NCBI GenBank assembly: GCA_965153285.1
Contig: OZ229111.1
DNA: 64,000 nt
Direction: 5' to 3' (one strand)
From: Podarcis tiliguerta
Taxonomy: Eukaryota
The notes under the pieces were generated by a model. That model was not told the DNA's origin. It did not search any database and saw nothing but the letters and a program-made list of their open reading frames with translations. How positions within the stretch are numbered: position 1 is the stretch's first letter; every line of letters begins with the position of its first letter. Positions 24,797-38,200 of the stretch are shown piece by piece. The position numbers and the translations under genes are program-made.

Positions 24797-27278
24797 GTAT
24801 TCATGACTCCTGTCTTTTTTCCTTTCCTTTCCTTGTTTTTTTTTGGGGGGGGGGGGGGCAACGCAACAACTTTTTTGTTCTTATCCCCTCTCTGTGTTCA
24901 GGTTTTTTAATGTAGCAAATCTGTAGGCCTCAAAGGGTGAGTGGAATGCACTCATTTGCTGGATTATTCCTGAGATGGAAAATTCGTGCAACCAGTCAGA
25001 CGTGACAGTTCTCCCCAGAAAGTACTTTTCTCAGTAATTTCCTCTGTGGCAGGTGCATTTCTATGTGCTATTAGCAGTTGTGCTTTCAGTAATTCAGGAT
25101 AAAAGCCATTGAAGACTTACTGGGGAATAAGCTCAGCTGAGGTCTCCCCCCCCCCCCCCAAGCCTGCAAACACCTCTCTCTTCCGCATGAATGATAAGAT
25201 CCACACTCAGAGAATGAGTTTGCTGTTGGTGTCCATGATTATATCATTTGGTATATAAGTTCATACCTATTTACCAAATCACTGCAAGTTACTGAAAGTG
25301 GTATTGATCCAGCTTTCTCTGTCCGCTCCCCCATATTTTTGTAGAGAAAATAATGCACAATTGTACTACATATGCTAAGCAGAATTTTGTAAAACGAGGC
25401 ATGTTACCCCATAAGGCAAAAACAGGCTACAAGAGAGTCTTGTTGAAACCTCAGACTGTAATGTAAGCAAGGGCTATGCAGTTAAAGGCAAGAGGGACTT
25501 AGGTGTTTGTGCTGCAAATGGGACATAACTATCTTACGCTTCTGGAATTCATGGAAAAGCAGAAATGAGATCAACATTTTGAAGAATGATTGCACCTATT
25601 TTGCCACTGTTTTCCTACTGGTTGTTCTGCACAGTCCTAATGGGAACCATGTTGATCTCCATGATAACTGATTCTAGTGCAAAATTGGTTGGAGTATCAG
25701 CACAAGTGGCACAGCTTACTATAGCACAAAACAGCTATATTCCGAGATTTCAAAGATTCAGGCAAGCCATGATTGGGATGAGCAATCAGCTAGGAAGAAG
25801 GTTGAGTGGAAAGGGGACAGAAGTCCTGGATACTTGCTGAGTGGAGAGGGATCTTACACTCAAGTCCTGCTTGCCAATTTCCACAGGCATCTGCTTGGGC
25901 ACTGTGAGAACAGGATGCTAGACTAGATGGGCCCTTGGCCTGATCCAGCAGTCTTTTCTTATGATGGCTTTACTAGATTTGCTTTTTTAAAAAACCGCTA
26001 ATGAAAATTCTTCAGCTGATCCCATCACACCCAAATGTTCCTGAATAAGTGTGGGCCCTTAGTGCAGTACCAGGCAGAATCCTCTGGAAAGCAATGGCAA
26101 TTATTTGCCAAACTGCAAGTTAATTCTGAATGAAGGGAAGATGTATAACTAAGACATACATAGCTTCCCATAAGATGCAAAATCCATAAAAAGGTTTATC
26201 CCTGTCCTGACTTTATGATCCATTTATTTGGCTACTTCTGTTTCACACACCATACACTGTTTCAGATGGATTTCTTCACGTGTCACAATATTTATTGTTT
26301 TACCAGTAAGTGTGGAAATGAAATGCTCTCATCAACCCTTTGAAAAACACACATTATTGGCTTTTTATGAGCTCCACCTGGTGGCCAAATAATAAGGATT
26401 CAAATTTCAGCTTCAGTGCAGTAACCCACCTGACTTTGGAAGTCATGTGCCTTTTTAAAATGCTGCCATTTAAATGTCGAAGCAGTGCAGGTTCAGCAAT
26501 TAACACTGCCTTAGTGCAGAGGAAATAATGAACTAGAAATCTAGAGTTGATTTGCTTGCTTTAGTGTACATATAATGGGTGCTAGATGTCTGGATCACAG
26601 CTGGAAGATACGTTCTTAATCTGTTTCATTCATCCCGTGCCTTACATGGCATTCTGCTCTGTGCAATTACCCTGTCACATCACCTATTCAAATATGATAA
26701 GCTGGACTCCTGGGGCCTTAACTCGGCATATCTGAAAATCAGGAGGTGTGGAAGCAGCAATATCCTTTTGAAATTGCCTTCTGAGCGTTTGAAACTATTG
26801 TCTTTAAACACAATCTTTAAAATCATGATCTGGCCATTTTGTAAAACAAAACTTGACAGATAACAGTGTCAAAGGATAACAACAGAAAAGGCCACAGGTT
26901 GCTTATCATTCCATTAAGCTCACCTCATAGCTACTGAAACATAGCATCACTGACTTTAGAGAGACATCTGTTCTGCAGTTTCCAGAGGGGTAACCTGCAG
27001 CAAAAAAATCAGCAAAGATTCTTGTGGCACCTCAAAGGCTAGCTTTTATGGACTAGAGTCCACGTTATCTGATGCATGATGGTGGTGTAGGTATTTACAG
27101 TACTGTCTCAGGGCCACTACCAAGAAAAAAAAGGTTCGTGGGCATTTGATAAGTCACCTCCTTATTAGGAATCCCTATAGCAGTTGTATTCCTCATGTTT
27201 GTGTCCTGCATGTTGTATAGCCTTCATTCAGTAAGTTGGGTTGGGCTCTCCATAATCTTTCCTTTCTTTGTGGTATAG

Positions 27279-27349
27279 GCTCAGCGTGGAGTACTGACAG
27301 CTCAGGAAGAACAAGTAGCTGGCTGGTCCTCCGTAACCTCACACCCCAG
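27279..27349 (+). CDS. TNRC6C: TNRC6C exon (GSAWSTDSSGRTSSWLVLRNLTPQ), start of the RRM, phase 1-0
   Basis: ctttgtggtatag acceptor, CAG|gtaagc donor; 71 nt; translated by hand. Confidence 0.95.
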
Positions 27350-29181
27350 GTAAGCAAAGTTTCCTGATTAATTCAGAAAATAGCTATGGGCTATCTGAGA
27401 TATCAGGGAGATAAAAACTGGGATCTTGCTTCTAAATCCTCGTGCTATATAATTGTCAGTGTTTATGACACTGCATTAGCACTGCTACTGGTGCATCCTG
27501 TCCTAAGCACTCATTACGGGTGCTGTACATTTTAGGATTGGCTCATTGAACCCTTTGCAAACACACCTAAAACCAAATGCAAATCCTCATTCTTGAGAGC
27601 CCAGTGTTTTTATATAGTGCTGCAAAGTTTGCTAAATTTCAAATAGAATCTCCTTACCCAGAAGTGAGCAAACTTCCAAGTTTGTGGGATCTGAGCCCAG
27701 ATACTTGTTTTCAATAGTAGCACAGTGCTTTCTCACCAAAATCCAATCCTAGTTTCTTCCCAAATTTTCTTTATTTCAGCATCTGAAAGGGAAGGTGGTT
27801 GCTTCTGACCAAAGGGAGTCAGAATTCCTTAGTGATTACTGCAGATCACTCAGATCCTTTTGCCCACCCTATCCTAACCTATTCATTTATTGGTTGAATC
27901 CTTGCAAAGTATATCACATGAAGTAGGCATGAGCATTGAACACAAGCTGCCTTGAAAATACAGAGTTCTTCCTCCTGCTTTTGCAGGTTTCATTGTCAAA
28001 TGTAAAATGGGGCCATCAGCTAATGCAGAAATGTGATCTTAAAAATAGTGGGACATCAAATGATTCGATACCCAGAAATATACAAGGTTGTCTTTCAGTA
28101 GCATGGCTATTGGTATATGTTACAGAAAGTGCACTATTTCACCTGATGGCTTTAGGTGGTCTATGGAAGCAGTAAGAGCAGCTATCTGACCTCCTAGTGG
28201 TGCAGCTATAAAACATTTGCAAAGTTAAACAAGGTCTGGTATGGTTTCAGATTGGATGGGGGACTGTGTGTTGAGATTCCTGTACTGCAGGGGATGATCT
28301 TTGGGATCCCTTCCAACTCTACAATTCTGTGACTCTACTCACACATCCACTTTTCCATGTAATTGCTGAAGAAAGTCACCACTCGGTCCCATATGGAAAT
28401 GCATGGCCACCAGAAATGGGGTTCAGCTCAGCCACCTGCCCATGCAGGAGATACACAACTTTCCTCTTCAGTTGCAGGAGAAACTGTAGTCTTAGTATAG
28501 TGAGTCTGCCCTAACTGGAAAAAAATCTTAGCCATCTTCAGATGTGGAGGGGCCGTGTCACCCTCCCAACACCAGCATCACTGCTCCTTACCTGGACAGT
28601 GCAGAGTAGGACAGAACTGTGCAGGTGCATCAGTGGAGCCATTCCAATGTTCCCACTGGTGTGCCGGTGCAGCCCAGACCTGGCCACTGCCCCCCCTCCC
28701 CCCCTCCTGGTAAGTGGCAGCAGTGCTGGTGTCAGGAGGGCGGCACCACATCGACCACTCCGGGAAATAATTCACTCTGGGAAATAATCTTAAACAAGTT
28801 CCCTGACTCAGAAGATGCATAGCATTAGCAACCAGATCAAATGCTTTACGTTAAGACAAGTCTGATTAAAGTCTTATTTCTCTTTGGGTTAATGGGGTAA
28901 TTAAGCAATCCTACCAATTAAAGCTTTCAGACTTAATGAACATGACCTCAAAATACTTGGCACAGAGGCTTTACAGAAACAGCTTGAGTGTAGCTATGCT
29001 GATATCGGGGAGCAGGCAGAAAGAGAAAGAAGTGGGTGTGAGTTCTCTTGTTGTACTGGATCTCCAGAGAGAATGTAAGTGAGTGCAGTTAAGTTTTGGA
29101 GAAAGGCTGGCTAAAACCAATGTGATGCAGTTGCTCATGACGCCTCGAAATCAATCTCATTTGTGCTCCTTTTCCATTTAG

Positions 29182-29321
29182 ATTGATGGCTCTACACTGC
29201 GTACTCTATGCTTGCAGCACGGTCCTCTTATTACATTCCATCTGAACCTGACTCAAGGGAATGCTGTGGTTCGATACAGTTCCAAGGAAGAAGCAGCGAA
29301 GGCCCAGAAATCTCTGCATAT
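29182..29321 (+). CDS. TNRC6C: TNRC6C RRM exon ([46 protein letters not shown]), phase 0-2
   Basis: cttttccatttag acceptor, AT|gtatgc donor; 140 nt; GW182 RRM sequence. Confidence 0.95.
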
Positions 29322-30763
29322 GTATGCAATCTATTCAGTATTTGCTGTGGTTCATATGTGACCTCTGTGTCTTAGTTTGGTGTGTCTGTAAGAGCAGAAG
29401 CAGAAGAACTGAATAACGAAAATTAAGCTGTGAGATTTACATGAGCAGGGCATTAAGTGATAAGTCATGATACAGGATATGCCTATAAAAACTGGCAAAT
29501 TCCAAAAGAGGTAGATTTGCTCCTATTTAGGACTCCCAATTCCATTCGCCAGCAGTCCCAAAGCTTCTGCAGCTTTTATCCTGTGCTGAATTAAAAACCA
29601 ATAAAAATAAGTTTAACATTTTGATGTTTGCAGTAACCCGCACTGCATTCCTAAATGTGGGTTGGTGAGGAGGAAACCTAGAGACATGGTAGATCAGTCT
29701 CAGCTTTGGATATGGAGTACTTTTACAGCATTTCATTATGTAAGGCCAGAAGTAGTGATTAGAGTTAATTAAGAAGAAGAATAGTAGTCTCCACCCCTTG
29801 GCTTACTGTGTGGTGTGTTCATTGCTAGACATGCAGGAGGGTGTGAAGATAGGGATTAGAGAAATGATTTCTTAGGCCACAGAGACATGCAACTGAAAGC
29901 AGTGCTCTTGCCCAGTACATTTCCTAGCGGAAGAAGGTACATGAGGAGGTTCTCTTCCAGGTGAAATATTTGTTTCCCAAACACAGCCTAATGCCTTTCC
30001 CTCCCTCTCAGCTTTTGCATGGTACCTCTTGTCAACCACACTACCAAAGCGGCTCAGGAGGAGAAAAGTGGATGGGCACACACTTGCATACATGTGGAAT
30101 ATAATTATGCAGATCTAGAATAAACCCATGATTTTGGTATTTGAACAAGCAACCACAAGCCTTAACCAAAGGCCGTGGATTGAAAAATAATAGCCACTTC
30201 TGTCTTTGAGGAGACAGCCAAAGTAGAATTGACTGTTATTTTTAATATACCCCCTGCTATCCAGCATCACCTTCCAGATGTTTTGGACCACAGTACCTGT
30301 CAGCCCCAGCCTGCATGGCTGCTCTGCCTAGGGCTTATGCAAGTTGTCATCCAAAGCATCTGGAATTCTGGTCCAAAGAAATGGGTTGTGGAAAGGTTGT
30401 CTATCATCTGAAATATAAATTCTGAAGTCTACAGAAGTCTATATATTCAAAACAAAATAAAGTATGCAAAATAAATGTGTGTGCGCTTTGTATGCTACGT
30501 TCATCCATAGATTTGCTTGGTGCAGTGAGCTTCAAGCCCTGCTTTTTCCTATGTACATCTAGCATTCCCTCCACTGAGTGATGATTGCAGTATATAGATA
30601 ATCATACATTAAAACAGAAATAATAAGGATTGATTTGTTAGATTTTCATAGCATTAGGTTTCATAACAGAATATGACAATAGCCTGAGACAAATCCCCCT
30701 CTCTGAGCCCAGGTAAGAGTGTGGTTTACCTTTGAGCATCTCTGTGTCTTTCTCTGTTTTCAG

Positions 30764-31124
30764 GTGCGTTTTGGGGAACACTACCATCTTGGCCGAGTTC
30801 GCTGGAGAAGAGGAAGTGAACCGTTTCTTAGCACAAGGCCAGCCACTGCCCCCCACCTCCAGTTGGCAGTCCAACACTGGAACCACTCAGACCCGTTTGG
30901 GCTCCTCAAGCAGCTCACACGGCATGGTGCGCAATGATGCAGGCCACTGGAATACCCCCTGCCTAGGTGGCAAAGGGAGCAGTGATCTGCTCTGGGGCGG
31001 GGTCCCTCAGTACTCAAGCAGCCTTTGGGGTCCACCCAGCACCGATGACGGCAGGGTTATCGGAAGCCCAACGCCTTTGAATACTCTGCTCCCAGGTGAC
31101 CTTCTCAGCGGGGAGTCCATCTAG
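30764..31124 (+). CDS. TNRC6C: TNRC6C terminal coding exon (CVLGNTTILAEF...LWG...LWG...LLPGDLLSGESI*), RRM end plus C-terminal CIM-2 region
   Basis: tttctctgttttcag acceptor; phase 2 completes ATG; TAG at 31122-31124; LLPGDLL is the conserved GW182 C-terminus. Confidence 0.96.
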
Positions 31125-32725
31125 GACACCAGAGAAACAAAATGGAAGTAACAATCATCAGCACTAAAGGAAAATAATGGTAACCCTTTCCAGTCCAGGG
31201 CATCGCGAAGAATCCAGCTTTAATAGATCAGACTGGCAGCCCTTTTTTTTAGTACCTCTGTCCAATATCGACTATGAAACTCTGCCGAAGTCCTTGTGAA
31301 CTGTTAGTGCAACAGTATGGGCTCCCTTTGGTCAGTGTCACGTGCTAATGATAGGTTTTATGTGGGTTTTTTTCCAATGGCTTTTTAATTTTGTTTTTAT
31401 GTTTGTATGGTGTTTTTAAAGACGTATAAAAGCTGCTTAGACTAGTTCTATCATGAAGGGCACTTTTCAGAATTTGGGCTGGAAAGGGTTATTTTATCAA
31501 CTGTGGGAGTCGGGGAGGGATGAAGGGGGGGAGGGTTGTGAGAAAGCCTATTTAAAATGAGCCTGTGATAATTATGCACATTACCAGAGGCGGATCCAGT
31601 AATCAGTAGGGGATGGCATCCGACCAGCCCGTCAGCAGTCAGCAGCATAGGGGGGAACAAATCCTATGCCCCTCAGCTGTACGACTTGGATTGAGAGGTG
31701 GGGTGGAATATCCATGTCCACTACTCCCACGGGTCTTGCCTATGCACATTACACTTGTTTCATTACTTTTTTGTGTCATTGTTTTTTTTTTAAAACTCCC
31801 CCCAAAAAATAGTAAAAAAGAAGACGAAGGTTTTTTAAAAAAACATATCAAACATGCAACTATACTTGAATCCAGCAGGCCAATAACAAAATGTGAACAC
31901 TTTCTATTATTACACTTCCAGGTCGGCACCAGAAATCAAAAGAACAGGCTCTAGGAATATTTTTGTTAAGTTCTTTCTTATACGTATGCATTGGGGAAAA
32001 AGATGGATAGATGTGTGAGCGTATGGACGTGTGTGCGCGCCAGTTGTACAACTGAACAAATTGTGTGACTTTTTTTCCTTTCTTTCCCCTTCCCCACTTC
32101 TCAGTATATGCTTTTGATTTGCTATTTGGTCAAACGTTTAATTGTTATTAGCTTCTAACTTTGCACTGAGTGTCCACAGCCCTTCTTGTAGCTAATCCTA
32201 CTTGTTTTTAAAAAAGAAAATTGAAAAAAAAACTGATAGGAGGGGCTGGCGACAATTCACGTGTAAATGTTTACTCAAGGACTCTTACTGCATTTTAAAA
32301 AACTTACAGTGTGTATCTCTGGAGAATAATATGTATATCTACCTTTAGCAGCTTTTTATTGTGGACTAATGCAAGGAAATAAATACCGGAGTATTGCACC
32401 ATTTTTTCCCCCATTCGGAATATAAAGTTTTAAAAAAGGAAAAAAAAAAAAACTCTTGTTGAACTGTGGCCATAAATACTTGTAAAGAGTGGATGGTTCC
32501 CTGCAAGCCGGAACGGAAACAAGCACTTGGACATAGGTTTTGACTGCTTTTGGAGGAGCCTACGGTTTCGGCTCCCACCTGTTTACAGACCTTTTTTTTT
32601 CCTCCTTCAAACTTTAAAATAAAAAAAGGAATTGAAAAAAAAGAAAAAAAATAGACTTCCATCATAAAGAAACCTATTTTCAGAATGAAGATATGCTACT
32701 TCAGAGCTCTGGGATTGAACAGTGT

Positions 32726-32754
<29 letters not shown>
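32726..32754. repeat. (TTG)n microsatellite in the TNRC6C 3' UTR
   Basis: About 9 perfect units. Confidence 0.95.
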
Positions 32755-32757
<3 letters not shown>

Positions 32758-33489
32758 CCTTTTCTTTGGCCATTGCTGTGTACTCCTTTGTTGTTTTTTC
32801 CTCCTCTTCGTCAAGAGTGGCGAAAAATATTGTGATCACTATCTTGCACATGGTGGAAGATGTCTCAGGAAAGCCGGGTTTCCCGAGGAGCAACTCCACA
32901 CCATTTCATGTATTTTTTAAACCCAACTCCTAGCACTGAAGATATTATTAAAAAACAAAATGAAAAAAATAAAAATAAAAAGACAGTAAGAGAAGAAGAA
33001 AAATACCTAATCTAATGTGTAGCAGTTACATATTTACCAAATAATGGACTCAAAAGAAATAGATGTTTGAAGAGTGCTTTATATATTAAAAATTGCTTTA
33101 TGTTTAAAAATGATCAATGTTTTTGATTGTTTTGAAAGGAAGAAAGACAATGGAATAACATACCCTTTGAGTATGTTTTTAAAAATTATATGAACATTGT
33201 GCTCCCTGCCTGCTTGGATCAGGAAACTTGTGCATTACATTTTTTGTTTTGTTAAAGATTAGCTTTTTAATGGTTTTGTCCAATTAAAAAGGGTCCTGCA
33301 AGATTGCAAATCAACAAAAGCTGGTTTTCTAGAGGATCATGAACTATGCACAGATTGGGTTCCAGACTTGTGTTTTCTCAAGTTTTCGTAGTGTATTTAG
33401 CTGAATACCCTTTTCTCAGAGTGCTTGCATCTCATTGTCATTACACGCACTCTACATATGTATTGTGTATATATATCTCTCTCCCTTAA

Positions 33490-33542
33490 TACACACACAG
33501 ACACACAGACACACACACACATTATATTTATATATATATAAT
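33490..33542. repeat. Compound (CA)n/(TA)n microsatellite in the TNRC6C 3' UTR
   Basis: Direct reading. Confidence 0.85.
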
Positions 33543-33857
33543 ACATATGTGCCTATGTGCGGATTGAAATAGTCAATACAATTTTCCATGCTGAAGTTTA
33601 GTAATGAGTTGTAGAAAAAGAACTCCTGATCATTTAAAATTGGGGATGGACATAAGAAAAAAAGCAAATACATCCTGTTGAACTTTTTTTTTTTTTTTTG
33701 CCTTCTTTCATTTTGAATTCAAGATGTCTGTAACTCTGAGATGAAAAGATAAAAAAAAAAGTTTGTGGCTTTTAATGTTATTTCTCCTCATAGAATGTGA
33801 TTGTTAAAAACATGCACCAGAAGTTGCTTTCAAGAGTACGAAGATTCTTTGAAACTT

Positions 33858-33863
33858 AATAAA
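33858..33863 (+). terminator. Probable distal polyadenylation signal of TNRC6C
   Basis: AATAAA followed ~30 nt later by the GU/U-rich gtgtatttttcttgtgt. Confidence 0.65.
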
Positions 33864-34303
33864 CTGCAGTTTTTCTTGGCTGTTAAGATGACCGTGTATT
33901 TTTCTTGTGTACAAAGATGACTGTTAATTCTAGCTTTGATCACAGGGGTTTTTGTTGTTGTTGTTGAGGGCATTTTTAAGGCTTTCCACATTCATACATG
34001 TGCAACCTGCAAATATCTGAAGTGATTAAAATTTCACCCTCCATATGTGTATACTTTAATTTACATGCTATATTCCAGTTACAGATTGTGGACTTGTGGC
34101 TTGCAATTGCCTACTCTTGCCATTTGTATCTGATAGCTGTCCTCTTAATCTTTCTGACATAATATAGGAATGCATTTTATATGAAACAGTTATTGTATTT
34201 TTGTTAAAATGCTACATGCCTGTTTTTGTCTTTTACAATACCGTGGAACAAATTCTAGAACTTTGCTGCAGTTGTGATGAAATAAGAGGCAGAATTCAGA
34301 GTA

Positions 34304-34544
34304 CAGTGATACCTCGGTTTAAGAACAGTCCTGTTTACGAACGATTCAGTTTACGAACTCTGCAAAACCAGAAGTGGTGTCCCAGTTCGCAAACTTTACC
34401 TCAGTTTACGAACGGAATCTGAACAGTGGAAGGGCACTGGCGGCGGGAGGCCTCATTAGGGAAAGCGCGCCTCGGTTTAATAATGATTTCGGTTTAAGAA
34501 TGGACTTCTGGGATGGATTAAGTTCGTAAACCGAGGTACCACTG
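34304..34544. mobile_element. Tc1/mariner (Tigger-like) MITE
   Basis: TA|cagtgatacctcggttta ... taaaccgaggtaccactg|TA. Confidence 0.9.
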
Positions 34545-34941
34545 TATACCCTCTGCAAACAAACCCAATTTTGTCGTGCTTCTTAGCCACCCTTCCGTTT
34601 GCCTCAGCATTATTGGACCTCTTGAGAACAAAGACATCCACATGTAGAATTGAAAAGTAGTGAGCAGAGAGACTATAATCACAGTCACAAGACAGTGTTT
34701 ATGAGCATTCATTTATGGTAAACTAATACCACCTTTATTTTTCTTCTCTTAATATTACAATTCTTTTAAGAGCCTTATTCCCCTAATCCCTATTTTAATC
34801 ATAATCAAATTTGCCTGCCTTTAATGGTTTCAAATAGTAACTTTCTGAAAGAGGGAATAGCCTTGATTGTGATGCACTGAGACCACAATCCTTTACATAG
34901 TTAAGTTCCACTGAATTTAGTGGGGATTACTTTTGAGTAGA

Positions 34942-35278
34942 AGGGACGCGGGTGGTGCTGTGGGTTAAACCACAGAGCCTAGGACTTGCCGATCAGAAGG
35001 ACAGCGGTTCAAATCCCTGCGACGGGGTGAGCTCCTGTTGCTTGGTCCCTGCTCCTGCCAACCTAGCAGTTCGAAAGCACGTCAAAGTGCAAGTAGATAA
35101 ATAGGTACCGCTCCGGCGGGAAGGTAAACGGCGTTTCCATGCGCTGCTCTGGTTCATGCTGGCCACATGACCTGAAGGTTGTACGCCGGCTCCCTTGGCC
35201 AATAAAGCAAGATGAGCACCGCAACCCCAAAGTCAGTCACGACTGGACCTAATGGTCAGGGGTCCCTTTACCTTTACC
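34942..35278 (+). mobile_element. Sauria SINE, second copy
   Basis: Same head and (ACCTTT)n tail as 16425; 15-bp TSD ttacttttgagtaga. Confidence 0.93.
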
Positions 35279-38200
35279 TTACTTTTGAGTAGACATGTAC
35301 AAGATTGCATTTTAAGGCAGTTTACATTTTGAGAGGCATAGATCTATTTGGGCAAGAGTGGGCTTTCTAATTACTGGGGGCCCAAATAATTATTAAGCAA
35401 TACTTTTCTTACAGCCTCTGCAAGTCAGCGAACAATGCATCACAGAGCAAGTAAGCGAAAGCATTTTGCACAAATGAATCTTCTATTGCAGCCACCCTTT
35501 AGTTCCTTGAAGGAAAGGTAGGATATAAGTGAATCAATAAATGTAAATAATATCTGACAATGGAAGAAAAATGGCATTGTTTTCAGAAAATCAGTACATT
35601 TATAGGCAGATGTTCCCACTCACCCTCATAGACCAGAGAAAAATGCAGATCTCCAGTGTTTCAAATGGAGTTTCAGGGCTTCTGCTGATGGGGTTTGTTA
35701 GGTGAATCCTGCCAAAAGTATATGCATATTTAAATAAGTATATGTAATTTATGGGAATCTGTGTTTGCGTGTAAATGCTGCTAAGATCGGAGCTTCAGAA
35801 CCCTTTAAATGTGACTGATCTGCACAGAATCCTGTACAGGTATTTCACGCATTCTGAACATCTCATTTAAGTGGGACCTGAAGGTGCTTTCTAGTGACTG
35901 CTAAAGGGCTAGAGTTTGGTGAGCTTTTCGCCCCAACATGGAGAAGTGGTCTGTGGTCTCTGATTATCTGTGGAGTCTAGTGCAGCACAGAGAAACAGGA
36001 AGCAGTGCAGTCTTGGGTTTCACCACATGAGTGGAAGCTACAGAGCACTAAAATATTTTTTTAAGTAGCTAATGTGTGGTTACTAGGTTTTATGAAGTGG
36101 GCTAATAGTAAGAGAAGTTGTTTACTGAAAAGAAAAACAACATGCCCCTTCAGAATTTCAACATCCATTAAATTAATGGTGAAAAAATTAAAAGAAAACT
36201 AAGGTAGAATGCTTATTGCAACACATAGTGGCCAATTCACTGCCACAGGATGGTGTGAATCACTAGCATAAATTGGTGTCTAATGTATTTGAGAAGTATA
36301 TGATGGTGCCTATTGCCTGACAGTCTAAAAGTGCCAGCAGTTAGAAATGGGCTTTTTCTTAGCTGGTGATAGATACTGCTTGCTATCAAACCCCACTTGT
36401 GAACTTCCCTCTATACTATTAAGGCAGTATTTGTCTCAAATAGGAACGATGAGCTGTGTTAGCATCATCCAGGATGGCTTCTAGTGTTCCTATGAAAAGT
36501 TGTCAACTTTAGGGGCAGTTTGGAAGTGTTTAATGTATCTGGAGTACACTTCCTGTCCCCCTCTGAAGGAGAGGTGTGCAAAACGCCCCCTTTTGGATCA
36601 GAGTGCCAGTAGGGTTTAACAAATTATGGCATCTAAGGTTTAACAAATTATCAAGGCATAAGGGCTTGTGGACTACAGTCAACTTTGGATGAATGAAGTG
36701 TTATCCTGAGTTGCAGGTATGTATATACATATGTTTGGGTGGAGGATTGTAAAAAGTGTGGTCAAGGGGAAATGAACTGAGGAAAAGTACAGACAGTGGT
36801 AATTAGGGATTTGTGAATTACCACTGTTAAATACACTAGTCCATGAAAGCTTGTTCCATAATAAATTGGTTAGTTTTTAAGGCACCACAAGTCTCTTTGT
36901 TGGCTTTTTTCTGCTAAAGGATAACACATCTAAATCTCTGGAAATCTTGAACTACTTGGGTACCAAGCCACCTGTAGAAGCAGGTCCACTTGCAGCCTTC
37001 TGGGGGCGGAGGGGAAGAGATGCGTCCCATATTCAGTGTTCCTTGGACTAGCCATCAAACAAGTTTCATAATGCTAATTCAATGCCTCTGTTGAGTCAAG
37101 ACAGTGGGGCCCAAATGCCTTTTATATTAGAATCATAATAGTAAATTGGCCTCTTCCGACCACCAGAGCAAAGCCTGAAGAGGCAACAGAGAGCCCACAC
37201 TATAGCAGCTTGTCCCACGTGTGGCTCAGCATACTCTCTTAGCTAAACCAGCTTCATGTTCCAGGTTTTGGCTGTTAGGTGCAAAAACTTCCCATTGTCA
37301 GGCTTTCTAGCTCTGACTCTGTCTTTAGCTATGTGTGCAGCAAATTTCAATGTTCTGGGTGATGTGAAAAGACACTGCACTTCATATCCCATTTTTTGAA
37401 ATCCGTTTTTAACTGATCCATTTTTTAAAATGTATTTTTGGTAGGACAAAATATGTAAAACATTTCAGCCTGCAACATCATGATATACCCTAAGTTATCC
37501 CATAAATGAGGCCTGTATGTCTATTTTATTCTCACCCACACTTCACCATAAGGTCTTAGTACGGGTTGCAGCAATTTAAAAATATAATATTAAAAACAAC
37601 AGAAGCACGCACTGAAAAGAACCCGGCTGCTTAGTCCACATTAATAAAGAATATGGTTCTTTTCCACAAACCTCCTAAGCCTACACTTCCCCCAGCTTCC
37701 TTTTTCTCTGTCCATAGCCTTTTCTGCTACCTAGTCCTTAGCATCTCTATGACTTGTACCCATTTCTCATTTTTCAAACTTCTTCCAAAAGCTAGGTCCC
37801 ATGCAAAGTTTTAATTCCAGCCAAAATCAGCTTTCTTTCAGAGGGTGGGAGTCATCTAATGAGTCTCATCAGCAGAAGCCCTGAACAAAATTGGTTTGGG
37901 TAGGGTGGGGAGGGGGGGAAATCCTTGGGACAGTGGGAGAGGGGAGGAGAGGGGGGGATTGTTCCTTTTGAACAAGCTGAAATATGCTGATGAAATGATT
38001 GCTGGTTGCCTTAGCACAGCACCTGAATTCCTTCCAGATAATCTACATTCAAACGGTCTAACAGCTAAGTTTACTGATGAATTGGAATACTTTTGAACAT
38101 TCTGTATCATCACACCAGCTCAGCCAGTCAGTGCCATAGGCTTCACTACTACAGACAGAGTGTGATGTTCTCAGATCATGTTATTTTTGTGTTTTATTAT

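Larger units (their letters stand above)
31125..33885 (+). other. TNRC6C: TNRC6C 3' UTR (end approximate)
   Basis: U/A-rich stretch after the stop with no recognisable transposon, ending shortly after AATAAA 33858; transposons resume at 34304. Confidence 0.7.

Noticed and set aside
31253-31258. let-7 seed TACCTC in the 3' UTR
   Set aside because: 6mer only, with neither the m8 match nor A1; expected by chance
32685-32933. Poly-Cys, poly-Leu and poly-Gln ORFs
   Set aside because: Translations of the (TTG)n microsatellite in the 3' UTR
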